A DNA stretch of 63,961 nt, filler included, from Craspedostauros australis (lineage: Eukaryota): NCBI GenBank assembly GCA_030167865.1. It is 10 parts of 10 records of this genome, joined end to end, with 100 filler letters (N's around TTAATTAATTAA, not from the genome) between each part and the next. Parts side by side here need not be neighbours in the genome. Positions count along the whole stretch, not along the records: positions 24,404 to 26,317 come from JALAGF010005113.1; positions 26,418 to 36,150 come from JALAGF010005114.1; positions 36,251 to 51,979 come from JALAGF010005117.1; 7 more parts are not named here. One strand, 5' to 3'. Made by a program: the position numbers and the translations under genes. Below, piece after piece: positions 24,404-37,215 of the stretch. The stretch's first letter is position 1; the number at the start of each line of letters is the position of its first letter. The notes under the pieces were generated by a model. It was not told the DNA's origin, ran no database searches, and saw only the letters and a program-made list of their open reading frames with translations.

Positions 24404-26317
24404 CCGATGGTGGCAGCCTGTCTACTACCGGGTTGACAGCCCCACCTTCCCCAGCCAGTCCAAGGAGCGCAGTGGACGCTGGGCCGGCCCTTGCCTTCAC
24501 AAGGGCGACGACCTCACCTTCTGGGTCCTCGACGACGAGACCCAACGACTCCTCCCTCGGTCTGCCATCCGACCTGCCGACGACTCTGCCACCCGCAATC
24601 TTCGTGCGGACTTCCCCTTCCCCATTGTTNNNNNNNNNNNNNNNNNNNNNNNNNNNNNNNNNNNNNNNNNNNNNNNNNNNNNNNNNNNNNNNNNNNNNNN
24701 NNNNNNNNNNNNNNNNNNNNNNNNNNNNNNNNNNNNNNNNNNNNNNNNNNNNNNNNNNNNNNNNNNNNNNNNNNNNNNNNNNNNNNNNNNNNNNNNNNNN
24801 NNNNNNNNNNNNNNNNNNNNNNNNNNNNNNNNNNNNNNNNNNNNNNNNNNNNNNNNNNNNNNNNNNNNNNNNNNNNNNNNNNNNNNNNNNNNNNNNNNNN
24901 NNNNNNNNNNNNNNNNNNCAAGATGCTACTCGCACTGGCTGATGGGGAGACGCATGACCTCATCTCCTACGTTGAGCTCGCCGATATCATCGAACGGCAA
25001 CAAGAGCACAGCGACGACCCTGACGCCAAGTGGGAGTTCGACTCCATCATCGGACACGAGGGTCCCCTCTCATCTTCCTCCCCCTCCTACAAGGGATCGA
25101 GCTTCAACATCATCGTCAAATGGGGAGACGGCTCCACCTCCACCGAACCCCTCTCCATCATGATTCAGGATGACCCCGTCTCTTGCGCTGCCTACGGCTG
25201 CCGCCACGAGCTGCTCGACGAGCCTGGCTGGAAGCGCCTCAAGCGCCTCGCCATCCGCACCAATCGTCTCGAGCGCCAGGTCCACAAATCCAAGACCTTC
25301 AACCACGCTCCTACCTTCCAGTTCGGCGTCCAAGTCCCCCGCAACCACAAGGAAGCGCTGCGACTCGACGACAAGAACGGCAACACTCTCTGGGACGATG
25401 CTGAGAAGAAGGAGATGGACCAACTCTTCGGGTACCACACCTTCAAGTCTCTCGGCAAAGGCGCCCTTGTCCCCTCCGGCTTCCAGAAGATCCGCCTCCA
25501 ATGGGTCTATGCTATGAAGCATGACCTCCGCCACAAGGCGCGCTGCGTCGCTGGTGGTCATCTCACCGACCCCTGCAAGGATGCATCCTACGCAGGTGTG
25601 GTCAGTCTTCGCTCTCTCCGCCTCTCCCTNNNNNNNNNNNNNNNNNNNNNNNNNNNNNNNNNNNNNNNNNNNNNNNNNNNNNNNNNNNNNNNNNNNNNNN
25701 NNNNNNNNNNNNNNNNNNNNNNNNNNNNNNNNNNNNNNNNNNNNNNNNNNNNNNNNNNNNNNNNNNNNNNNNNNNNNNNNNNNNNNNNNNNNNNNNNNNN
25801 NNNNNNNNNNNNNNNNNNNCTCGCCGACACCCTTCGCGACATGGGTTTCCTCCAATGCCGCTCCGATCCCGACGTCTGGATGCGTGACGCCAACTCCCAT
25901 TGGGAATATGTCTGCGTCTACGTCGATGATCTCACCGCGACGATGGCCGACCCCAAGGCCTTCTTCGACATCCTCTCTTCGAAGTACGGGTACCANNNNN
26001 NNNNNNNNNNNNNNNNNNNNNNNNNNNNNNNNNNNNNNNNNNNNNNNNNNNNNNNNNNNNNNCTCAAGCTCTCCCCGCAATCCTACATCAAGCGGATGAT
26101 GGAGAACTACGAGCGCATGTTCGGCGAGCTTCCCCGCAAGATCAGCTGCCCCCTCGACAAGGCCGACAGTCCCGAGCTTGACACCTCTTCCGAACTTAGC
26201 GAAACCGACAAACGCAAGTTCATGTCACTCATTGGTGCACTCCAGTGGTGTATCTCCCTCGGACGGTTTGACATCTCTGTCGCCGTCATGACGCTAGCAC
26301 GCTTCCGCTCAGCGCCC
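24404..26317 (+). mobile_element. CoDi-type (diatom Ty1/copia) pol fragment: chromodomain-like segment plus reverse transcriptase
   Basis: Motifs FQFGVQVPRNHKEALRLDDKNGNTLWDDAEKKEM, KHDLRHKARCVAGGHLT, DPDVWMR, YVCVYVDD, PELDTS and SLIGALQW. No stops appear in the sequenced parts. Confidence 0.93.
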
Positions 26318-27975
26318 NNNNNNNNNNNNNNNNNNNNNNNNNNNNNNNNNNNNNNNNNNNNTTAATTAATTAANNNNNNNNNNNNNNNNNNNNNNNNNNN
26401 NNNNNNNNNNNNNNNNNCCCCCCCCATCGAGTTGAACCCCTGGGGTGCTCTGCGTAAATTGAGTTGAGTTGAGTTGTGGGCAGCACAATCATCGCTCGTG
26501 GTTGCCGGCAGCGGCGTTGAGGTAGCGAACACGCAAAGATCCCGGTCAAGATACACATGTCTTCCTCAACTCTAGTTTTCTCAAGGCAGCTGTTTGTGAA
26601 GAGAAAGCGTCTGGTGCTCTTTACCTTCTATACGATTAGAACATGACAGGTATTAGTACGTGCACCGCAAGCAAGATAAGAGTGTCATCATCGGATGTAT
26701 CACTTCTCGAACGTGTCTTGGCAGAGAAGAACAAGGTGCCCCGGTCTGCTCTCTCTTGCTCTGCATTCGAATCTGATCGTCTTCATGTGTTGCGTTCGTT
26801 GATGGTCTCGTGTCTTTCTCGTTGTCGATGGTGCATACGAGTACTACAACCTACGTACAACCTGTTCACGAGTATTATACGATGCATACGATCTACTCGT
26901 ACCGATTGTGGTGGTGGGCATGTGTTGGCCTCCCTTCCTCTCCACACGGCAACGGTCTTCCACGTTGCTCATTCGTCGCAGAACACGCGACCTTTTGGAC
27001 GATTCTCTGTGGACCTCAAAGACGCTGATGTTGCCTGTTTACGAACAGCATAGAGGTGCCCATTGTCCACCTGCGCAAGGGCATTCGAACCCTGACCTGT
27101 GCCTTGGATTTTGTGGACGTGGCGCTGTGTTCTTGTTGCCACATTCTCAATGGCATTCGTGCTCCTTGTGTCTGTGGAGTACGTACGAGTATGGCCCATT
27201 CGATGACGATTGTCGCGGATGGTGCAGAATGTGACGCTTCGGCGGTGGCAGGTTGACGCTTGTACTCGTGCGGCACTCTCCGCAAATGTCGAACCTGTCA
27301 GTATCTGTGCGCGTGTTGTTGGACACTGAGTGCGTGCTGCGTCCTGGACTTCACGAATTTGTATGCTTCGCGATCCCCAGTATCGGCACTTGTGGAATAC
27401 GATTAGAGTCCGTGGTATATAAAATATGTATGTAAGCGTGGCATGTACGAGCATGTATGGTAGCTTAGCATGTATAATACTATACGCAATGAAGTGTTAA
27501 GATTAGTATGTATGCACATGAACCGTTCCATCCGCGCTTCTCCCGTGGTCTTGGGAGATGGATGATACTGTCCGGACACTGGGATGCGTCGCAAAGTTAG
27601 TGGCTGTTTGGGGCGTATTGGTATGGCATAGCATGATACCATACGTGGTTGGAGCCGAGGGAAAGGGCGAGGCCACGCCGCCCTCTCCGTGCCCCCGAAG
27701 TCTTTTGTTCATTGTAGCATCAGATATATGGCATGGTTTCCACCTCAGCGAGGTACTAGTTGCCATACCCTGCGCGGCTGGCTGAGAGGTTAGTTAGCTT
27801 GATAGCTGGTTGGTTGTTCGCGGATTCTCGCATTCTTGCATTCCGTTCGCTCCTCTGTAGGGTCGTCTTGCTTCAACCTGCGTTCGCTGTGGTGCTTGGG
27901 CAAAATTGCACTCCTATTCCTCATGTTGGAGTGAAAGAGCTGGCAGATACTCATCCTCTTCCTTTCTCTCTCTCT

Positions 27976-29109
27976 CTAGGCCGCAGCGGCGAGAAGCGGG
28001 AGGCGGATGAGCAGGACGCTGACGAGTGCGATTGACCTCTGCTGCTCGATGATCGCGCTTGTGCTTCTGGCCGTGGTTGGAGAAACCAGCCGCGTCGAGG
28101 GAGACGAGGATCCCATGGAGGTGAGGAAAAAGTAGAACTCGGACAGGAGAGCCTGAGCCTCCGCGTTCTGCCCGAACGTGATCTGCAGCCGGATGCGGTT
28201 GCTCCAAATCATGATGATGAGCAGATCCAGCAACGGCGCGTCTTGCGGCTGGCGGCCAACGCAGTATCGCAGGAGCAGCTCCATCGCCTTCTCGTACATC
28301 TTGTCGGCCTTGTGCACCATGGCTGACTTGCAGACGGCGACGCCCTGGTTGTGGTAGACGCACGCGATGTTGAAGATGATCGCGGCGAGGTTGAGGGTGC
28401 CGCGCACGGAGATGTTCTCACACTCGATGATCTCGATGGGGTTGTCGAAGGTGGGAAAGGCGTCGTCTCTTCCCTGCGACGGTGATGACGCCGATGGTGA
28501 CGACGAGGATAGCACTTGCGAAGAGCTCATGGTTGAGGATGCCTCCGGAGTGACAAGGTGCTTGTGATCGTTCAGGGACGTGAAGGCGGCTGGTTGCCCA
28601 GCAGGAGATGCTTGCTGGCCCACCTGCTGCTGCTGCTGCTGCGATGGTGGCAAGAACGTTGAGCGATGCCCTTCGGACCACCTGAGGATGGCCTCGTCGA
28701 TGGTCGCAGGGTGGTCGTCGTATTGCGTGGATGTTGGAGATGAGCAATGGGGTTGGTCATCTGTGGCATCGCCACCGTTATCGTCCCCCATCGCTTGCAT
28801 GTGGGGAGTGGGCTGCGGATGCTGTTGGGGACGAGATCGAGCTTGGGGCTGTCCGTTGGTGGCAGCTGGTGGGGAGGACGTGCCCTGCGATCCGTGGATG
28901 CTGCGCAGCTCGTGGGTGGAGATGGTGAGAGCATGGCGGAAGCAGAGCAGGGCCATCCTTTGGGTGCCGCTGCGAACGTGCGCGACCCCGCGGTTGTTCC
29001 ATTCCGTCGCGGATCCTGCAGCACGTTGAAGCTCCGGTCGGCGCTGCTGCTGTCGTGCTTGCGCCTGCTCTGGTTGCTGCGTGCGCTGTCGGTGCTGTTG
29101 TTTGTTCAT
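27976..29109 (-). CDS. Diatom-type TPR-like protein with C-terminal AAAA
   Basis: 377-aa ORF with strong codon bias. Helical motifs WNNRGV..ALLCFRHAL and IIFNIACVYH..KADKMYEKA are separated by a Q/S/P-rich linker, and the protein ends LAAAA*. Confidence 0.82.
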   Translation of the reverse strand: MNKQQHRQRTQQPEQAQARQQQRRPELQRAAGSATEWNNRGVAHVRSGTQRMALLCFRHALTISTHELRSIHGSQGTSSPPAATNGQPQARSRPQQHPQPTPHMQAMGDDNGGDATDDQPHCSSPTSTQYDDHPATIDEAILRWSEGHRSTFLPPSQQQQQQVGQQASPAGQPAAFTSLNDHKHLVTPEASSTMSSSQVLSSSSPSASSPSQGRDDAFPTFDNPIEIIECENISVRGTLNLAAIIFNIACVYHNQGVAVCKSAMVHKADKMYEKAMELLLRYCVGRQPQDAPLLDLLIIMIWSNRIRLQITFGQNAEAQALLSEFYFFLTSMGSSSPSTRLVSPTTARSTSAIIEQQRSIALVSVLLIRLPLLAAAA

Positions 29110-32100
29110 CGTGGATTGATGTGAGTTGATTTACTCTAATCTAATCTATTGTAATAATGTAATGTAATGTAATATAACGTGTTTTATTGGTTGTGTGTTG
29201 AGTGGATGTTTGTGCCTTGCCTTGTGAGTGCTCTGGTGGACTCAACTTAACTCAACTCAACTTAACTCAACTCAACTCGACTCAACTCTGTTTGCTTGTG
29301 TTGTGTGGTTTATGGTTATTGTGTGATGAAAGAGCAGAAGCGGAGGAGGTTACCGCTTCACCACAACAGATGAAGTTGTGAACCAGAGGCGGCGGTTGTG
29401 AACGCGAGGAATGTGATCAAGATGCTTCTTCGGTTGGTTGGCCGCGGTTGTCATGTGAGTTTCAGGTACTGCCACTTTTTTGCGTCGTTGAAGTTCGCTT
29501 TGTGGTGCGTGTCCAATTTTCTGGGCGGTTGTGTTGTCTTGGCGTGAACGGTTCGTTTTGATTTGGTGTTTGGATTTGGATTTGGATTTGTGGTGTTGTG
29601 TTGTGTCTGGCGCCTGTGCTTCTTCTTTTAGCCTTCCTTGTGTGCGTGTCGTGCTATCAGCCAACCACTTTCTCGCTGTTGCTCCTCTGGCGCGACCGCG
29701 CGCTTGGTCGACAAAAAAGCGGTTCTTCACTGGTTTGGCTTCTCTCTGCATTTGTGTTCGCCTCCACGAATCTTGGTTGTTTCCTCGCGGGTCGCGTACC
29801 GCCTAATAGTATGCGTGGAAGTGCCGTACAAACTGAACTGAAAAGCGCGCAAACGTCATCGGTGTCACCTATGTGGCGGAAACACTTGTGACACGGTTGG
29901 ACTTCAAACGCCCGTCCGGTGACACCAAGCTTCCACTCAGCAGTGAATGATGTCATCCATCTCACACATTCTCTGATCATCCAAACTGCGTCGGCGGTAG
30001 CACGAGCAACATCGCCGAGGGTTCTGTCTCGGAAACAAAGATCCTCCTCAAACGCCCTTGTTGCATGCATCGAGCACCGCAGCAGAGCACCGCAGCAGAG
30101 CAACTCAGCCATCCCTCGTGTGGCAATGAGCATCAGCGGCGCCACCAAATTGCGGGTGAAGGAGTCGCACTCGCTTCACCGAAGGCGAAAACGAAGAGAT
30201 TAGAAGTGTACTCGCATCGAGGCGGAGCGAGGCGGAACCGCTCAACTGCCAAACAGATCTGCAAACCTCTGGGACGAGAATGGCGTGAGCGCCAACACTG
30301 CCGGGATCGATGCAACTGTAGACCACGGGAAGGGGAACGGGAACGGATGTGGTAGGTGTCATCCATTATTATAGCTCGTGCTCAACTCTAATGCACTTCG
30401 AGGTTTCGCGCTCTCTCTCTCTCTCTCTCTCGCTTCCTTCAAGTGTTTCTCTGTTTCTCATGCTGCGTTCTCGTGACCTGTGATGCCACACGATTAAAGT
30501 CCTCTCTTCGTATGGAATGTCCAATTCCAAGGTGCGTACTCATCACATCACCCTTTCCAATTATGCTCCACTATCCGACTGCTCTCTCTCTCTCTCTCCC
30601 ACTACACGCTCATACACATCCACTGACATGGCAGGAACGCTACTTTATCTCTCTCGGAAGTCGGCACCAAACTTCAGTGCACCAACCCAATGCTCTCATT
30701 CGTCGCGACGCTTCTCGTGAGGTGGGCAAACACTGCGAACCATCTCTTGCCCACCCCTTTTGGTCTTGGTGGCACACCTGCACTTAATAAGCCTCGGGCT
30801 TGTCAACCATTCTAAATGACCGCCACCCCGAGAAGCGCTCTAAATGGATGCTGTGCGCGAGCACCAAGTCGAGTACTCTCATCTTGCACCCTCAAATCAT
30901 GACGTGAGGTGACGATGTGCCAGCGCTCGACAAGGAGAACCCTCCGCGACCAATCACAACACCAGCCAGGAAATGACGAGCGACAATACATCTCTTCACG
31001 ATGAGTTCGATGCCAGGGAAGGAGGGCACAAACGTAGCGTCAACCCCACATGGCATCGCAACAACGGAGTCAACCCTCCTTCTCATCGAAGGGTTTGGAT
31101 TGGAGTTGGCTGGTGCCCACAATCACTTTCTCACTCAAGGGAGCGTGTAGTACATGTGTGGAGTTTAGTATTGCAATAGTATGCACGACCTATGAATCGT
31201 ATAATACCTATTATATTATACTCTGATGTTGTACCGATACCAATAACAATACTTGCATACACACATACACACATACTATACCACGGTTATCAAGAACAGC
31301 ATTCTTCATCACGTACGAGCTATTCAATGTATCCATGTGCGAATACCCTGTGCACAAGTCCCTTGTACAAGTATCAACAATGATGCGACCTCAAGATGCT
31401 CCAACAACACTGTATGAACTCTTCCCAAACCCATGCATTTCCCTGTTTCGCGTCGGTACCAGCTCTAGGCTGTTGTGGCATGAACCTTGGGGCGATAGAG
31501 GCGGCGTCGAGAACAGAAAGAGAAAGAGCAAGGATCCACCATTCTATTCTACGACAGGAGTGTGAACAACACTGTGGAGTAACTGTTGCTGTTGCTCTCC
31601 GACTTCCATCTTCACACGCTCGTCAGATCCACTGTAACTGCCTCCTCCCCGAGGAATACTAACGCTCCTGCCGTATCTCTGTATGGGAATAGCACTAGCC
31701 TCGAACAAGAGAGAGAGAGCGGCACACAATTTTCACTCGGTGGAGTCCGCGCAAGGCGATGCCGAAGCTGGTGTTGCGAAATTCGGCGCGCGTGGCTTCG
31801 TTGCATGGCTGGCATTCTTTCGCCTGTAGGATCTGGACATGAATGGCGGGAGGCACGGTAATATTCGTACACACGTATAATAGCTCGTATTTGCGCAAGT
31901 ATCCTCCACCGCATCAGAGGATTTCCGCATTCTGCCAGGAGATCATGGCAGGCAATGGCGGCACAGAGAATGGCGAGACAAGTTGAAACAGAAGCGGAAG
32001 TCGACGTACTTGTATTCTTAAGGAGAGGGAGAAAGCAAGAGAGATGAGGAGAATGTGGACGCATGGGTGGCATTTACGTTGCGTTTGCGTTTTCGTCTGT

Positions 32101-32502
32101 GATGGAGGTGACGTTGATGATACCACCCGTTGCCTTCCTCATGTTCGTCAGGATCTGCAACTGAGGCGAGGCACTATGCGATTCACCTGCGACTACAAAC
32201 AAACACCCAAAGAGTAAACATGCGTCATTCATTCAACCATCAGGATAGTACCGCATCTCCTTCGTCTTCCGTTCATTCATCCAATCGTGTTTCCTCCTCC
32301 CTGTGTTGTGGGAAGATCGTCCTGGCTCTGCCTCTGTGTCCACCTTCGTTCGTGTACGCACACGCACCTTCCCGAACGTACAAACATTCACTGACGATCG
32401 TCCAACGCAACGCATGTCTTTCCGCGTTCTTTCTGCAGTTTCGCGAAACAAGACAACCTCCATCAACACCACAAGCCATCAGCCGGCCAGACACGGATGA
32501 GA

Positions 32503-32885
32503 TGACGTCACGGCGGCTGCCACCGAAGCGTTCGCTTTGTCAAGTTGGGACACGGGGGCTATTCAATCTCGCTCAACAACGCTCCGGCCATGTTTTTGTT
32601 GTTCCAACACCTTCGAATCAAAGAAAACTGATGCCAAGCGTTTCTCTGTGACGTCAGGGGATGAATGCTGACTCGACATGGCCAAACACGACACTTCGAT
32701 TCATTCGACTAATCCAACTCAAAGAATGCCAACAACTGCCACAATTCTGACATCATCAAGTGGAGCATCACGTATTCCAGCCAATCAAAACCCTCAATTT
32801 CATGAGACTGACGTAGGGACCACGTCACGAACTTGAGGTTTGGCTGGAAGAACCGTTGGATGCCCTAAATCTTCTACGTCACGTG
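32503..32885. promoter_or_regulatory. Cluster of TGACGT/CRE/G-box motifs upstream of the bZIP gene
   Basis: TGACGTCA at 32503 and 32649, TGACGT at 32809, ACGTCA at 32822 and 32876, CACGTG at 32880, CCAAT at 32781. Confidence 0.55.
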
Positions 32886-33342
32886 TGGTACAATTGTCTG
32901 TGAGACGAACGGCCCCTGATATTTTGTCATGTTTTGGGCGCAGCGCGGTGCAGCGCGGTACATCGCGGTGAAGTTGCCAACCAAAACACGAATCTCAGGC
33001 AGTGCAAACGATCAACAAACCGAAGCACACCACATTTTGATGGTAGAATCAACACGAAGTGGCGTGTTGGAAGGCAGCAAATTCGAACTTTTGTGCGCGC
33101 ACTCGCTCACACACCCCACAACCACAACGAATCCCCAAACAACCAATCCATCAGGTGAGAGAGTACCGCCTTGTCTGGCCTCATCGAAGTCTCCTTGCAA
33201 TCCACAACCGACAACCTCACAAAAAGATCTCATCGATCATCCACAAAGACCCAATCGCCTCCATCACGCTCACTCATCCGTTCGAACACCCATTCATCCA
33301 TACGCTACACACCATAACATTGCAATAGATCGTACAGCAACC

Positions 33343-34819
33343 ATGGCGCCATCCAGCGATATCCTGAACCACATCGACCACTCCACCCTTGTGCAGGGCG
33401 GAGCAAGCACCTCCGTCTCATCTGCCTTCGACTTCGACTACCTCCCAGACATCGGCGGCGGCGAGATGGAGAACTGGCTCAACGAGACCCTCTGCGAGGC
33501 TTCGACCCTCCTGTCCACACCAGCTCCGGTCGGCGCAGAAGGCGCAGACGCTGCTGCTGGTGCGGCTGTTGCCGATGTGGCTGCATCTCCAGTCATCTCA
33601 TCTATTCCATTCGCGGCGGATGGCATCCCTCCGATCGCCGCCCCACCTGCGGACTCCTTCTCTGTCTTGCAGCATCACCACTACGGAGAGCAACAGCAAC
33701 AGCAGACAGCCCCTGATGAGGCTCACTCGGCTGCCCACATCATCTCTCCGCAACTGACGCAGCCAAGAGCGACCGTGTCCACCATTGGAGGTGTTGCCGA
33801 CAGTCCACACGCCGCCGCGCCGCTTCTGGATGCACCAGCAACACTGGGAACCTTCCAGGCCTCCGTCTCCTCTATGCATGCCATCTCCGACGACGAGCCA
33901 AGCTCTTCGGATGAGGCATCCAACACCAACACTCGCAAGCGCTCCTTGAAGCAGATGACCGCCTCCACTGCGACATCCGCATCCAGTGCCAAGCGCGCAT
34001 CATCCACAGCGGTCGCAACGCAAAGAAAGACCACACGCAAGACAACCACCAGGCGAACGGCCAAGTCCACCGGCGGCAGCAAGAGGACCGAAACAGCCGC
34101 CGAGCTGCAGAAGCGACTTCGAAGGTAAGCCTCCATCATGATCGCGGCCTGTGCGCTTGCATGACTATCTTCAAGATTGTTCGAGGATTCCATTTGTTGC
34201 CTGGCCGTGACCATCGCCATGAGCCTGACCCTGACCCTGACATGGATGCGCAAGTGACAAGGCAGAAAGGTGGACTGGGTGCTCCAGACCGTCAGCACTT
34301 TGCAACACCTGTGTGCAGAAAGGAGGCGCCAACGAATCGGACGTCACGAAACCGACGTGTCACAGCAACAAATGTCGTCCACTTCAACTCGCTTCAACTC
34401 ACACGAAATCTCTTCGACCGTCCATTTGCGCCCACTTCAACTTCAACACCCAAACTTCCAACATCCGCAGAGAGTCCAACCGTGTCAGTGCCAAGAAGAG
34501 CCGCAACCGCAAGAAGCAAAAGACAGAGATGATGCAGCAGGCGCTCATCGAACTCAAGGAGGAGAATGCCAAGCTGCGCAATTTCATCTACAGCCAGTTT
34601 GGATCTGCGCAGACAGCCAACCAGGCAATCACGCAGGCGTGCGAGCAGCAGCAACAGCCGGCCGCGGCAACCGCGCCAAACGCACCTTCCGAGGACGATG
34701 ACCTCATCGTCTCGCTGAAGCAGTCAGAGAACCGCGTCATGGACGAGTCCACCCTGGCCTTCCTTCAGGGACTCCAGACCACCACCTGGAGCGATGTGGA
34801 GTTTGAGCAGGAGGAGTGA
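33343..34819 (+). CDS. bZIP transcription factor; exons 33343-34124 and 34471-34819 (376 aa)
   Basis: Removing the GTAAGC...CCGCAG intron (34125-34470) gives KRLRRESNRVSAKKSRNRKKQKTEMMQQALIELKEENAKLRNFI, an N-x7-R basic region plus heptad zipper. Confidence 0.9.
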
Positions 34820-35322
34820 GGACGATCAGTGTCCACTGCTCATTGCCCATCGCTCATTGCCGATTGCTCGTACACATGAACACAGCATGCTCTGATTCTC
34901 GGCCGTCTTCCCCTCATTCCATCAGATCGAAGCAAGCAAGTTAACCGATGCACACCACTGGCGGCACAGGCACAAAGGCATATATCCGACATTTTCAGAA
35001 AAAGCAAAGATTCCATCCATCTCCTGCTACATCGAAGGCATTCATACGCGCCACAGGGGAGATGATGACACACACCACTTTTTGTATTGTACCAAGCATA
35101 CATGCTATCATGCCAAGGGCCAAGTAGGGCCTAACATTCAATAGATAAATTTTCACAAACAAACAAGCAAGCAAACTACATTCGCACGACTGCTCCAGCA
35201 TTGCCTTCATGTGTTACTGACAGCCCCATGCATTGCCGAAGTCGCCACAATACTACTGCTCGTACTGTGTGTAGCTGTACCTGTCGTACGCTACGAGTTT
35301 TATGTACTGCTGGTTGTATTAA

Positions 35323-36150
35323 GAGCCCGATCAGTGAGTCGACCAATCGTTTGAAATAGACCTCCAGAAATTTTCTCTCCTACATACTAACCAAGCACAT
35401 ATNNNNNNNNNNNNNNNNNNNNNNNNNNNNNNNNNNNNNNNNNNNNNNNNNNATCAGTGAGTCGACCAATCGTTTGAAATAGACCTCCAGAAATTTTCTC
35501 TCCTACATACTAACCAAGCACATATTCATAATCCTTGTAGGTCTAATACAAATAATTAACCATCACATTTTTGAGTTAGATCCTATTTTAACTTTTATGG
35601 ACCGATGGATATGCGCATTTTTCGATCTCTTTCGGGTTTCAGCCTTTGACATCCGACTACATCGATCCAATTTAACCCTTTGCTGTTCTTTGTTTCANNN
35701 NNNNNNNNNNNNNNNNNNNNNNNNNNNNNNNNNNNNNNNNNNNNNNNNNNNNNNNNNNNNNNNNNNNNNNNNNNNNNNNNNNNNNNNNNNNNNNNNNNNN
35801 NNNNNNNNNNNNNNNNNNNNNNNNNNNNNNNNNNNNNNNNNNNGTCCAATCCGTCATCGACGTCACGAAACTGGATACTTCGTCATGAAACACCAATGAT
35901 ATCGCGATGCGCAACATCATCAGGTCTGCTTCGTCGTGACGAAGTGGTTGAGTGGGGTTGGTACTCCTCGAGTGTTTTGTGTCGTGGTCTTTTTGGACAG
36001 TCACTACAATTGGAGGTAAATCTCCCCATCCCCCAACATGCGAGGCCGGTTGAGAGTGGCAAACTCGACACACCAACATGAAAATGGAGCCACACCCAAA
36101 AAACATCCACAATGGCCGCCCAACGGTATGCTTGGCGCCGCAACAACCAG
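35323..36150 (+). mobile_element. Dispersed repeat family B, copy 2
   Basis: Starts TAA|GAGCCCGATCAGTGAGTCGACC and is colinear with the reverse complement of 23050-23774. Confidence 0.65.
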
Positions 36151-36250
36151 NNNNNNNNNNNNNNNNNNNNNNNNNNNNNNNNNNNNNNNNNNNNTTAATT
36201 AATTAANNNNNNNNNNNNNNNNNNNNNNNNNNNNNNNNNNNNNNNNNNNN

Positions 36251-36836
36251 AGTGCAGCCTACAGTGGCAATGTCCAGCACTGAGGCTGAGTTGCTCTGCG
36301 CCTCTGATGCGGGTCGCATGGCCCTATGCCTGCGATGTACGCTGGAAGAACTCGGTGTGCCACAGGTACAGGCAACTGTCCTGTACGAAGACAATCAAGG
36401 GGCCCTCATGATAGCGAATGCTGGGCAACCCTCAAGACGCACACGACATGTTNNNNNNNNNNNNNNNNNNNNNNNNNNNNNNNNNNNNNNNNNNNNNNNN
36501 NNGTGCAGCAGTGGGTCGAAAACGAGCTCATCACGTTCATGGATATCGACACAACTGTGAATGCTGCCGACATGGGCACCAAGCAGGCGGCTCCGCCCAC
36601 GTTCTTTAGGCACTGGGACAACGTTTCCGGTGCACTCGTGCCGGTGTGGTCTGCTGCTAGGCTTGAGGCCTAGTTTTACATCATACATTTAATCGAGTTG
36701 TTCCGGTCACTGGGTTTTCCACCCAGCGACCGTGGGGGGGTGTCATAGTCTGGCCGACGTCAGTCTGGCACAGCTGTGTCTGCCTTCTCCACAACAGCAG
36801 AACAACCTCATAAATTCTCTGTTTCTCCATCTGACA
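36251..36836 (+). mobile_element. Ty1/copia 3' end: RNase H, G-rich PPT and a short LTR
   Basis: RNase H motifs QPTVAMSSTEAE, LYEDNQGA, RRTRH and NAADMGTK (stop 36673). GTGGGGGGG at 36732-36740 is followed by TGTCA at 36741, with TGACA ending at 36836. Confidence 0.85.
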
Positions 36837-37215
36837 CAGACTCTCACAGAATGCCTCCCCTTTCGTCCAGGCTATTCGACTGAGTCACAGGATACCAACG
36901 TTCGTGAGTCCCGTGCAACTGTCGACAAACACATTTCTGCACAAGAAGAGCGACGGATGGAGAACAAGGCGACGTTCCTCTTCGACACAAGAGAGCCACA
37001 TCGACGATGACTGGAGCAACCGCACCGAAGAGGGGCGAATCCCACATTCTGCGTACGCGTGCGACCAACCAACTCGATCTTCGATTCATCTGGTGCAGGG
37101 TCGCCCGCTTCCCCTTTCGTTGGAAGGATCCAGCAACAGCAGAAACTTGCTGACGATCACCAGTAGTCGCTGCATTGAGGGGAGTTGCTGATCACGAATC
37201 AGACGATCATCAACA

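Noticed and set aside
29150..29290. (TGTAA)n and (AACTC)n runs, plus other microsatellites at ~38944 and ~59156
   Set aside because: Ordinary short microsatellites that do not match a TTAGGG-type telomere.
29350..32900. Numerous short ORFs between the TPR-like and bZIP genes
   Set aside because: No motifs or codon bias; treated as intergenic or regulatory sequence.
32929..33342. N-terminal ORF extensions of the bZIP gene (and likewise at 38661, 44670, 47210, 49762 and 60230)
   Set aside because: These are CA-rich 5' UTR or promoter-like sequence. Downstream ATGs give proper targeting peptides or a better start context.
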